DNA of 30,528 nt, from the IMG/VR virus record IMGVR_UViG_3300030372_004806, positions 1 through 30,528 of that record. One strand, 5' to 3'. Source of the stretch: a virus. Its lineage: Duplodnaviria > Caudoviricetes. The notes under the pieces are model-generated. The model saw nothing but the letters and a program-made list of their open reading frames with translations, was not told the DNA's origin and searched no databases. How positions within the stretch are numbered: the stretch's first letter is position 1; each line of letters starts with the position of its first letter. Of the stretch, positions 17,197 through 25,405 are shown piece after piece. Position numbers and translations under genes: made by a program.

Positions 17197-18894
17197 TCAG
17201 GTTCCTTCGGGGGGCATGCCCCCTGCAGCGGGGAAAGGCAGGGGAGCAGGTGGGGCAGGTGCCTCGACGGGTGCCGGTTCGGTCACCTCGGCAAAGCTCT
17301 CGGGGAGCTGGTAGGTGCGGACGAGCTCGGCAAGCACTTGGCGAGGGTCGGCCCCGAGCTGGACCAGGATGGGCACCAGGCGCTCAAGGGCCTGCTGCTT
17401 GGTCAAGTCGCTCATCGGGGTGGTGCCTGCGTCGACTGCCCAGTAGCTGAAGTCACCGGTCAAGTCGTCGGCTGACAGGATGGTCGGGCCTACGGGGTTG
17501 GGCAGGCTGAGGGGCTCGGCCTCATCCCCGAGCACGACGGACAACATGATGTTGTAGGTCTTGGCGATGGAGGTGATGACCGCGTCTCGGGTCCGTGCCA
17601 TCCGCCCCACTTCGCTGCTGGTGTAGGCCGCCAGAAGCTGCTGCTCGGTGGCTGTGCTCTTAGTCACCTCTCCCCTTGTGAACGGGGCAAGCAAGCCGGC
17701 CTCGTTGATGTCTGCCTGCACGGTCTGAGCGTAGAGGCTGATATCTGCGGGGATGGGCGCCTGGGGCACCGGCATCATGTTCCCCTCGAGGGGGGCGCCT
17801 GGTTGCAGGTCGACTTCAATGAACTCGCCGTCAAGGCCCTGCGCAATCTTCGCCGCACCGTCTTCGCTGAGAAAGCCGGCCCGTACCATCCACTGCCGGG
17901 CCATGCGTCGCACGCCCTGCGCTTGGTACGTGCGCATGACGTTCAGCTCTCGGAACTGGTCGAGGCTCCGACGGATGAGCGAGTAGCCGCGAAGGGGGGT
18001 GTCAGGGTCGCGACTGAAATAGAGGGGGATGATGGGGACGACCGGTCGCCCGTTGGCGGACTTGTAGGGGATGCCCGTCGTCTCGTGCTCAACCTCGGCA
18101 TCGGGGCGCTCTTCGTCTGCACCGGCATCGGGGTCGAGGGCACCCACTTGCACCTGCACACCCTCGAAGAGCAGCTCCTGCCCGTCTGCGTAGTCGGGCG
18201 ACCACACCACCAGCGCGTCATCGAGCAGGTCATACAGCTCGACCACCCTGACCCACTGCTCCTCGGGCGGTGTCTGCGTCGGGTCGCCCAGCCCGAGCAT
18301 TTGGTCCTTGCCTGCGATGCCGGTTGACTCAATCCACTTGCTGTAGGCCCTCGCGCGCAGCTCATCGGCGCCCTTGCTGTAGCGCTCCGCCGCTTCGAGC
18401 AGTGGCATCAGGTAGACGTGACCCACGTACCGCTGCTGGTCCCAGCTGGTGGCCGTCGCGTCTACGATGACCTCCCAGGGCGACAGGGCTGCGCAGCTGA
18501 TGCGCTTGAGCGGGTCTGCCCCCATGACGGGCGCAAGCTTGATGAAGCCCGCCGGGTAGATGAGCGCCAGGCGGGTAGCGTCTTCGAGCTGCTCTCTGAC
18601 GTTCAGCAGGTACTGGTTGGCCGTCGCCTCGGCTACCTCCGCGTTGCCCCGCCCTCGGATGTCGGGCAGAACTTCAACGCTCGGGTTCTTCGCGTACAGG
18701 CTGCCGAGGTAGCTCTCGACGACTGCGTAGGCCTTGGGCACCTCGGTGCGTAGGATGCCGTCAAGGGTCGGCGCGTTCGTCTCGAAGAAGCGCGTCATGT
18801 AGAGGTTGCGCAGCTCGCGGAGCTCGTCGCGTCGCCCGTCCCAGTAGAGGTCATGTTGCTGGCAGATGGCTGAGCATTGCTCGGGGGTCAGCAT
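17197..18894 (-). CDS. Portal protein (565 aa)
   Basis: Size, position directly after TerL, LYAKNPSVEV and GEVTKSTATE (TATE motif) segments. Confidence 0.85.
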   Translation of the reverse strand: MLTPEQCSAICQQHDLYWDGRRDELRELRNLYMTRFFETNAPTLDGILRTEVPKAYAVVESYLGSLYAKNPSVEVLPDIRGRGNAEVAEATANQYLLNVREQLEDATRLALIYPAGFIKLAPVMGADPLKRISCAALSPWEVIVDATATSWDQQRYVGHVYLMPLLEAAERYSKGADELRARAYSKWIESTGIAGKDQMLGLGDPTQTPPEEQWVRVVELYDLLDDALVVWSPDYADGQELLFEGVQVQVGALDPDAGADEERPDAEVEHETTGIPYKSANGRPVVPIIPLYFSRDPDTPLRGYSLIRRSLDQFRELNVMRTYQAQGVRRMARQWMVRAGFLSEDGAAKIAQGLDGEFIEVDLQPGAPLEGNMMPVPQAPIPADISLYAQTVQADINEAGLLAPFTRGEVTKSTATEQQLLAAYTSSEVGRMARTRDAVITSIAKTYNIMLSVVLGDEAEPLSLPNPVGPTILSADDLTGDFSYWAVDAGTTPMSDLTKQQALERLVPILVQLGADPRQVLAELVRTYQLPESFAEVTEPAPVEAPAPPAPLPFPAAGGMPPEGT

Positions 18895-18900
18895 GGCGCC

Positions 18901-20448
18901 TCAGAATGGCAGAGAGTGGGAACGGATGCGGCGGGCTTTGCTACGACTGATAAGGTCATCGATGCGGGTGCGGCCCGATTGTAGCGCATGGGTGCGCCAG
19001 CTCGACGGGATATCGCGCAGGCAGCGGTATCCTAACGCCATGGCCATGGCGCTGTCATCATGCCCGCCCTTGGGCGCCTCGGGTGCGACCTTGCCCGCGG
19101 GGATGGTCAGGCTGCGCAGCTCCATCCAGGTGACGCGGTCCATGACCTTGACGACCTGCAACGACTCGCGCAGGCAGTCGAAGGCTTCGAGCTTGCTTTG
19201 CAGGGTGGTGACCCAGGGCTTCTGCTGAGGGCTGCGCCACTGGTAGCGGTAGCCGCAGTGGGTCAGCTCCAGAAGGAACGCGTGTCCGTGGTTGTTCGAC
19301 TCCGCGAGCATGAGCGCGTTGTTGTACCGGCTGGCGACCTGAATGCACCGGTGCGCCCATGCCGCGGGTGTGACCTGGTTGTTCCGCTCGGTGTAGACCG
19401 GCTGCATGGTCGAGACCGACACGACGCACAAGGCCGAGTAGTCATTCCCTACACCGCCGCTGATGTCGACGCCCATGACGTACCGGTCATGGGGGTGCGG
19501 CCCCTCGACTTCCCGCCCGTGCGCCTTGCCGTGCAGTTGGTGCTCGATGACGTGGATGTCTTGCAACACCTCTTCCCCGTAGTACCCGCCCTCTCGTCCG
19601 AGGAAGCAGTCATCGAGGCAGGCAGGGTACTCGCGGCGGAACTTGTACGGTCCGAGCTGCTTGAGGTAGCGACGGCGCCAGGCAAGCTGCCCGTCCGTCA
19701 GGCTGTAGGCTTCGGCAAGCTCGGCCTCGGCCTCGGTGCGCTCGAAGTCATCCGGGGCAGGGTCGCAGTATTTCGGCTCCTCCCACCACCAGTGGGTGAT
19801 GAGGTGAAAGCCGTTCTCGGGCGCCCCTGCGATGAGCTGGCTGAACCGGTCGCCTGGGTTGTTGGCCGTGCTCTCGAGCATGAGCAGCCCGTCGCCGACT
19901 GCGCTGAGCGCCTGAGCGAGCAGCTCTTCCTGGTCGGGTGCGAAGGCGAACTCGGACAGCAGTGCAGCGATGGGACTGAACGAGCGCAGCCCCGTCGAGC
20001 TCCGAGAGGTGAACGCCTTCATGACTGCCCCGGTGTCCGCGAGGCGCAGCTCTCCCTTGGCTCGGGTGTCGAGCTCGCGGCGCAGGATGCTCGGGGGGTG
20101 GTGCATCCATCTGCGATTGTCATCGAGCAGCGCCGTGGCAGACTCGGCCCGGAGTGACACGAGGGCGAAGAGGGCAGCGGTGGGCGTCGCCGTCCACTGC
20201 TGATGCAGCACCATCTTGCAGCCCGTTGTTGCTGCTACCTGCCGCGCCTTGATGACGAGGACGCGCTTGTGGCCCCGCTTGACTGCGTTGAAAATCTTCG
20301 TCTGCATCGGCAACGGGGTGAAGGGCACCTCGCGCTTGGTGTCCTTGTCCTGAACGCGGTGCAGCCTGCAGAACCGTGCAGGGTCGCTCACCAGTCCGCG
20401 CACCTGGTCGTGCAGCTCGGACGGTATCGTCGGCGAAACATAGGTCAT
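18901..20448 (-). CDS. terL: Terminase large subunit (515 aa)
   Basis: KARQVAATT Walker A-like, LLSEFAF Walker B-like, ESTAN coupling motif, FRREYP, nuclease acidic motifs MGVDISGG and GHDDSAMA. Confidence 0.93.
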   Translation of the reverse strand: MTYVSPTIPSELHDQVRGLVSDPARFCRLHRVQDKDTKREVPFTPLPMQTKIFNAVKRGHKRVLVIKARQVAATTGCKMVLHQQWTATPTAALFALVSLRAESATALLDDNRRWMHHPPSILRRELDTRAKGELRLADTGAVMKAFTSRSSTGLRSFSPIAALLSEFAFAPDQEELLAQALSAVGDGLLMLESTANNPGDRFSQLIAGAPENGFHLITHWWWEEPKYCDPAPDDFERTEAEAELAEAYSLTDGQLAWRRRYLKQLGPYKFRREYPACLDDCFLGREGGYYGEEVLQDIHVIEHQLHGKAHGREVEGPHPHDRYVMGVDISGGVGNDYSALCVVSVSTMQPVYTERNNQVTPAAWAHRCIQVASRYNNALMLAESNNHGHAFLLELTHCGYRYQWRSPQQKPWVTTLQSKLEAFDCLRESLQVVKVMDRVTWMELRSLTIPAGKVAPEAPKGGHDDSAMAMALGYRCLRDIPSSWRTHALQSGRTRIDDLISRSKARRIRSHSLPF

Positions 20449-20470
20449 GAGTGTGTCCTCTCAAGACCTA

Positions 20471-20482
20471 CAGTCTACCACT
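20471..20482 (-). promoter_or_regulatory. Putative extended -10 promoter AGTGGTAGACTG upstream of terL
   Basis: TG-n-TAGACT overlapping the stop of the upstream gene and leaving room for the GAGAGGACAC RBS. Confidence 0.55.
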
Positions 20483-20717
20483 GCTCCACGAGCTTGAGCA
20501 CGTTCTTCAGCTCCTCGACGTCCGGTGCGTCCGTCGCCTTCTCCGCCCGCGCAGCTGCCGCTTCCTTGCTCCACTCCAGCACCCGCCAGGCGCTGTCGAG
20601 CTGCGCCTTGTTGGGGCTGCTCCGCCCCTGCAACGTGCCCTCGATGCAGCTGATGGCCTCGGGGGCAAGCTTCGCGACTGCCTCGAGAATCTGCTCGGTC
20701 GTCATGGGGATAATCAC
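20475..20717 (-). CDS. Probable terminase small subunit (80 aa; GTG 20717 or ATG 20705)
   Basis: Small helical protein directly upstream of terL. AGGAG SD 6 nt before GTG 20717. Function inferred from position. Confidence 0.55.
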   Translation of the reverse strand: MIIPMTTEQILEAVAKLAPEAISCIEGTLQGRSSPNKAQLDSAWRVLEWSKEAAAARAEKATDAPDVEELKNVLKLVEQW

Positions 20718-20751
20718 TGGTTTCTCCTGAATGCAGTGTTGACGGGGGCTC

Positions 20752-20926
20752 TGACCCTGCACACCCGTAAACGCCCTGTTCATGGGGATAGTGCAGGGTG
20801 TGTATGGTATATAGAGAATAAAAAATATAGAACATATAGACTACTATGTGTACGGGGAAGTGGGGGGGCAAGGCGCCCTCCCTGCACTTGGGGCCGGTCA
20901 TGGGGGTCTTGGGGTGTGCAGGGTCA
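20752..20926. repeat. Dyad-symmetric element: two CCCTGCAC-N28-GTGCAGGG units flanking an AT-rich core (origin or packaging-site candidate)
   Basis: 15-bp perfect inverted repeat 20752-66/20912-26 and 9-bp inverted repeat 20790-98/20880-88, both centred on 20839. ATATAGA x3 in the core. Confidence 0.8.
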
Positions 20927-20964
20927 AAAGGGGCCGAACAGGGTGCTGACACGGTCTTGACAAG

Positions 20965-21018
20965 TTTGGGACTTGTGGGCCAAGTGTCCCAAGGGTACAA
21001 GTGGGACACCTGTCCCAA
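20965..21018. promoter_or_regulatory. GGGAC(A)/TGTCCC inverted-repeat cluster upstream of the early operon (operator candidate)
   Basis: GGGACT 20968, TGTCCC 20985, GGGACA 21003, TGTCCC 21011. TTGACA at 20957. Confidence 0.5.
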
Positions 21019-21028
21019 AGGAGCCAAC

Positions 21029-21109
21029 ATGACCCGCACCGAGCACCTCGAAGCAGCAGCAAGCGCCTTGCTCATCTGCTCCGCTCTCTTCCTCCTCCTT
21101 TCCCTCTGA
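21029..21109 (+). CDS. 26-aa hydrophobic peptide MTRTEHLEAAASALLICSALFLLLSL
   Basis: Strong AAAGGAG SD 5 nt upstream. First ORF of the rightward arm. Single TM-like segment. Confidence 0.6.
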   Translation: MTRTEHLEAAASALLICSALFLLLSL

Positions 21110-21116
21110 GGTTCCC

Positions 21117-21359
21117 ATGAGCACAGCCGAAGCCCTCCGCCTGTATTGCGACCCCGAGCGCACACCTGCCCGCAGCATGGCTGCGCAGCTCGACCAGCTT
21201 GCCGAGGCGAGCTCCAAGCTCATCACCGGCATGAAAGACCTCAGCCCTGCGGACCTCTATCAGGCCCTCTACAAGCTGAACCGACAGATTGACTACACCT
21301 GCGGAGAGGTCGCCGGTGCAGTCATCGCCCTCGAAGACCTCCACAAGGAGCAAGCGTGA
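21117..21359 (+). CDS. Hypothetical early protein (80 aa)
   Basis: GAGGT SD, GTGA overlap with the next gene. Confidence 0.75.
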   Translation: MSTAEALRLYCDPERTPARSMAAQLDQLAEASSKLITGMKDLSPADLYQALYKLNRQIDYTCGEVAGAVIALEDLHKEQA

Positions 21360-21541
21360 ACACCACATCTTTTCGCCCTCGCCTCAGCGCCGAGCTCGAG
21401 CACAACATCAAGGCCGCGGCCGCCCTCGCCAAGCTCTCGGTGCCCCAGTACTTCGAGCAGGTCATTGGCCCGATGGTCATGACCGACAAGAACCGCCGCA
21501 TTGAGCGCCAGGCACTGCAGCGCATGGCAGGTGTGGAATGA
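21356..21541 (+). CDS. Ribbon-helix-helix (Arc/CopG-like) DNA-binding protein (61 aa)
   Basis: TTSFRPRL strand, SAELEHNIKAAAAL helix, LSVPQYFEQVI helix. AAGGAG SD. Confidence 0.65.
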   Translation: MNTTSFRPRLSAELEHNIKAAAALAKLSVPQYFEQVIGPMVMTDKNRRIERQALQRMAGVE

Positions 21542-21852
21542 GTGACCTCCGGCTCTTTGTGTTCTGCGCGTCCAGTGGTCGGGTTGAAACCTTCGCGTCG
21601 GTCTTCCCCAAGCTGGGAGCGGATGCCTTGGAGTACATCGTCAGCTGCACCGACTGGCCAACACCGCCCGACCTTCACATCGCTTTCCTGCCCTTCGAGC
21701 TCATCAACGAGTTCTATGAGTCCAACACGGAAGACCGTGTCAAGCTCCTTGCGAAGCAGGACAGCTACACCCGAGCAGCTCCAGACCGACCCGGACGGGA
21801 GCCTGCAAGCCTCGGGAAGTGGGCACGCTTCCTGCCCCGAGGTGCCTCATGA
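21538..21852 (+). CDS. Hypothetical protein (104 aa)
   Basis: ATGA overlaps at both ends. Confidence 0.7.
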   Translation: MSDLRLFVFCASSGRVETFASVFPKLGADALEYIVSCTDWPTPPDLHIAFLPFELINEFYESNTEDRVKLLAKQDSYTRAAPDRPGREPASLGKWARFLPRGAS

Positions 21853-21980
21853 CCCGCTCACACGTTGCCCTTCTCATCCTCACCCTCGCCCTCGGTCGCT
21901 GCAGCTACGAGGCAGGCCTTCGCAAGGGCGCCGATGATGGGTGGTGGCAGTGCATGGCCGAACATGGGGAGGTTGCATGA
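21849..21980 (+). CDS. 43-aa membrane-anchored peptide MTRSHVALLILTLALGRCSYEAGLRKGADDGWWQCMAEHGEVA
   Basis: GAGGTG SD and ATGA overlaps with both neighbours. Below the ORF-track length cutoff. Confidence 0.65.
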   Translation: MTRSHVALLILTLALGRCSYEAGLRKGADDGWWQCMAEHGEVA

Positions 21981-22396
21981 GGCCAAGTATGGATACCCCC
22001 TGCGCCTTTTGTGGCAGAAGCTGCGGAAGCCGAGGGGAGTGGGACCATTTTCCAGTACCAAAGCGAAGGGGCGGCAATGACGTGCAAGCGCTTTGCGTCA
22101 GTTGTCACGACTTGAAAGACCGGTTCAACCTGTTGAACTGGCCAAGGGCAGCGCTCGCAGATGCTCAGTCCGAGCTGAGGGCCTGCGTAGAATGCAATCT
22201 CGAAGAGTTTGAAAGATGGGAGTCCCGCGTCGCTAGCAAGTCGTTCCCGGATGGTGTTTGGCCGTCTGTCCTCCTGCTCAAGCTGGTGGGGACATCATGG
22301 GACCAGCTTGGCTACGCAGGCAAGGCGCTGGTTGCGAAGATGATGCATGTCGCAGACGACCGGATTGAGCTGGCGAGAAAAGCAGGTGCAGCATGA
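21977..22396 (+). CDS. HNH endonuclease family protein (139 aa; ATG 21977 preferred)
   Basis: CAFC...WDHFPVPKRRGG...ALCVSCHDLK zinc-binding HNH pattern. GGGGAGGT SD. Confidence 0.8.
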   Translation: MRPSMDTPCAFCGRSCGSRGEWDHFPVPKRRGGNDVQALCVSCHDLKDRFNLLNWPRAALADAQSELRACVECNLEEFERWESRVASKSFPDGVWPSVLLLKLVGTSWDQLGYAGKALVAKMMHVADDRIELARKAGAA

Positions 22397-22638
22397 GGCC
22401 GCCCCTGACACCCTGGTGTGCCTTCGCAAAGGGCTGGCAGCGCACCTGCCGCAAGCCCTACCGAGACGCGGAGGTGATGCCCGTCGGCGACTGCTGGCGA
22501 TACGACGTCCGCACCATGACCGGACACATCGAGGTCATCGGTGTGCGCCCTACCCGCCTTGAAGCAATGGCGGCCGCAACCTCTCACCTGCTCCGCGTCA
22601 AGGCCGAGCAGGTGAGCAACGACTTGGGGGACATGTGA
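22393..22638 (+). CDS. Hypothetical protein (81 aa)
   Basis: AGGTG SD, 4-nt overlaps with both neighbours. Confidence 0.65.
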   Translation: MRPPLTPWCAFAKGWQRTCRKPYRDAEVMPVGDCWRYDVRTMTGHIEVIGVRPTRLEAMAAATSHLLRVKAEQVSNDLGDM

Positions 22639-23126
22639 GCCTGACACCTCATCAACTGGAACGCACCAGACACTACCGCAAGCGCTTCGAGCTCGGGCTC
22701 AACAAGGTCGAGCGAGATGCCATCGTAGTCGAGGCAGCCGAAGAGCTGGGCATCACTCCTGAGAGCGTGCGGCACCGCTGGCATCGGCTCGGCATGTGCA
22801 AGCGGTGGGCATGGATGGAACCCGTAGTGCGCAAGGCCGTCGCCCGATATCCCTTCGAGGCTGACCGAAGCCTGGCCGCGAAGTTCAACGTGAACTTCAG
22901 CTCATTCACGAACGCCCGCCAAAGGCTGGGCATCCCTTCGAGCGTCCAGCGCCGACGGGCCGCCCTGCGCAAGGAGGTCGCTATCTATGTGCGAGAGTTC
23001 CCCGAGCTGACTGCTGCCGAGGTGCGCGACAGCATCAAGGCCGACGGTGAGCACCCTTGGCAGTTCAGCATCTACCGCATCAGCGAGCTCATGAGCGAGG
23101 TCGAGAATGAACGCGCAGCATCCTGA
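22635..23126 (+). CDS. HTH DNA-binding protein (163 aa)
   Basis: Two HTH-like segments, AAEELGITPESVRHRWHRLG and DRSLAAKFNVNFSSFTNARQRLGI. Confidence 0.65.
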   Translation: MSLTPHQLERTRHYRKRFELGLNKVERDAIVVEAAEELGITPESVRHRWHRLGMCKRWAWMEPVVRKAVARYPFEADRSLAAKFNVNFSSFTNARQRLGIPSSVQRRRAALRKEVAIYVREFPELTAAEVRDSIKADGEHPWQFSIYRISELMSEVENERAAS

Positions 23127-25395
23127 CGCCCGAGTTCGCTCGGTGTGGCCGACACCGCCCGAGGGCTGCTGCTACGTCGAGCAGTCCCTCAAGGGTGGGG
23201 ACTACATCAGCACCGGCTACTTCCATCGGGGCAGCGTCGACAAGCAAGGCCGCGGCCGCAGTGTCGAGAACTGCCAGGGCGTCACCTCGCTGTTCTTTGA
23301 CCTTGACCTCCTCGGCCTGGTGGATGCTGCCCGCCTCGCTCGGGGTGACATCCTGCCCGAGCGTGCTGCCGAACGAAAAAAGCACATGTACACCATGCCG
23401 GAGGAGCATCGGCAGGCCGGCCTTGACGTCCTGCTGCAGGACATCGGGCACATCCTTGAGACCGTCATGGGGGCACCGCCCACCCTGACCATCTGCAGCG
23501 GCTGGGGCTTTCACTTCCACTACGCAGTCGAGGAAGGCATCAGGAAGAACAAGGAAGCCCTGCAGCAGGTTCACGCGGCAGTGGTGGACGTCTGCAACGC
23601 GCAGGCCTCCGAGCTGACGCAGGGCATGCACCCGCCCCTCACGACCTATCACAAGGCTTTCGACCGGACGCATGACGTAGGCGCCAGGCTTGCCCGAGCA
23701 CCGGGCAGCAACAACACAAAGGCCAAGCACCGAGTGCAGCCCGTTGAGGTTGTGTCTGCATCTGACACCGTCATCACTGCAGACGCCCTCGAGGTGCTGC
23801 GCAAGGCACACGTCAAGCAAGGGCAGCTCGGGGACAACGCCAAGGCCCAAGCGTCTCAGAAGCTCATCCCGACGCGTCGACGCCCTCGGCAGATTCGCTC
23901 GGTTGACTGCGACTTCAGAACGCAGCGCCTAAGCGACGGTCGCACGTGGCAGCAGTGTGCTGACGCCCTCGCCCCAGGTGAGCGCCTCAAGGTCATCTGT
24001 CCCTACGGCGGCACCTCGGTCGGCTCGGGCTTCTTTCACCGAGAGTCAGACGGCCGCATGCGCTACTACAGCGCACCGACTGCAACAACCTACTGGAACA
24101 CCTACAAGCCTGCGAGCTCCCCGGGCCTCGTCGAGCTGATGCGCAAGCCGGCAAAGAAGGACGGCACCCAGGGCGCGCCCTACAACACCCTCACCAATCT
24201 GCGCGAGATGTTGAGGCATGACGCAGCCTTTGACCTGTGGTTTGACGCCTTCCGCGAGCAGGAGATGAACGGGCACCAGGTGCTCGACGATGGCATCTGG
24301 ATTGACGTCATCGCGCACATGGAGGTTGCCTATGAGTGGCACTGGCGCATCGGCAAAGAGCTGATGTTCTCGGCAGTAGAGAGCGTGTGCCGGGCATCGA
24401 CTCGCAACCCCGTGCAGGACTACGTCAAGGCGCTGGAGTGGGACGGATGCCCGAGGATTGACCGCTGGCTGATGGAAGTCTGCCACACCGAAGACCTGCC
24501 CATCTACCGCATCTACGCGCGCAAGTGGGCGGTCGGCCTCATGGCTCGCCTCTTCTCCCCTGGCTGTCAGCTCCACACCTGCATGTTGCTCAGCGGCCCT
24601 CAAGGCTGGGGCAAGTCGTCGGTGTGGCGAGAGTGGGCGAACTGGCCTGGGCAGCCCCACCTCTTCAGTGACACCCGCTTCAACATCAAGGACAAGGACA
24701 GCTACCTACAGTTGTATTCTGCTCTCATCTACGAAGACCAGGAAATGGCGGGCAGCAGCAACGCCGACCAGGAGACCCGCAAGGCCTTCATCACCTCAGC
24801 CATCGACCGGTTCCGCCCCCCCTTCGGGCGCAAGCTGAAGACCTTCCGCCGGCACACCGTCATCACCATGACGAGCAACGAGCAGGATGTCTTGAGAGAC
24901 CGCACCGGAAGCCGACGCTACTGGGTGGTGGCCTGCATGGGCGACGGTGCCAACCTGGAATGGTTGCGCAAGTACCGAGACCAGATGCTTGCCGAGGCGT
25001 ACAAGGCATACACCCAGGGCGAGCAGTGGTGGCTGAACAAGGGCGAAGGCCGACTCAACCGCAAAGCCAACGGCATCTTTCAGTATCTGGACTGGTTCAG
25101 TCAGTGCGCTGCCTGCGCCTGGGAACATAACGGCGGGGGCCGCGCCAACCGCTTCACCGCTGCCGAGTTCGCTGACGCCATCGACAGCAACCTCAGCACC
25201 CAGCGCTTCGGCCTGTCCCTCAGCTCCGCCCTGCACTCGGCAGGCTTCAAGCGGCACCGCTCGGGGGGCGTCACCTACTACTTCAAAGACACCGACCGCC
25301 AGGCCGCGGATACCGGCCTGCTCGCCATCAAGGCACTCACTCGAAGCGACTACCAACTCACGACGCACGCGACACCCACAACCCCACAGACATGA
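23107..25395 (+). CDS. Primase-polymerase (AEP-like) fused to VirE/VapE-type P-loop helicase (762 aa)
   Basis: N-terminal FFDLD, SGWGFHFHY and ARLARAPGSNN AEP motifs. C-terminal NPVQDY..LEWDG.PRID, SGPQGWGKS Walker A and LRDRTGSRRYWVV. Confidence 0.9.
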   Translation: MNAQHPDARVRSVWPTPPEGCCYVEQSLKGGDYISTGYFHRGSVDKQGRGRSVENCQGVTSLFFDLDLLGLVDAARLARGDILPERAAERKKHMYTMPEEHRQAGLDVLLQDIGHILETVMGAPPTLTICSGWGFHFHYAVEEGIRKNKEALQQVHAAVVDVCNAQASELTQGMHPPLTTYHKAFDRTHDVGARLARAPGSNNTKAKHRVQPVEVVSASDTVITADALEVLRKAHVKQGQLGDNAKAQASQKLIPTRRRPRQIRSVDCDFRTQRLSDGRTWQQCADALAPGERLKVICPYGGTSVGSGFFHRESDGRMRYYSAPTATTYWNTYKPASSPGLVELMRKPAKKDGTQGAPYNTLTNLREMLRHDAAFDLWFDAFREQEMNGHQVLDDGIWIDVIAHMEVAYEWHWRIGKELMFSAVESVCRASTRNPVQDYVKALEWDGCPRIDRWLMEVCHTEDLPIYRIYARKWAVGLMARLFSPGCQLHTCMLLSGPQGWGKSSVWREWANWPGQPHLFSDTRFNIKDKDSYLQLYSALIYEDQEMAGSSNADQETRKAFITSAIDRFRPPFGRKLKTFRRHTVITMTSNEQDVLRDRTGSRRYWVVACMGDGANLEWLRKYRDQMLAEAYKAYTQGEQWWLNKGEGRLNRKANGIFQYLDWFSQCAACAWEHNGGGRANRFTAAEFADAIDSNLSTQRFGLSLSSALHSAGFKRHRSGGVTYYFKDTDRQAADTGLLAIKALTRSDYQLTTHATPTTPQT

Positions 25396-25405
25396 GAGGA
25401 CACCC

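Noticed and set aside
20752-20926. Protelomerase (tos/telRL) site or invertible segment
   Set aside because: The centre is not a continuous palindrome, and no protelomerase or site-specific recombinase gene is visible.
20461-21165. 234-aa minus ORF and 20451..20960 plus ORF across the control region
   Set aside because: They cross the AT-rich repeat element and overlap better-supported small genes that have clear SD sequences.
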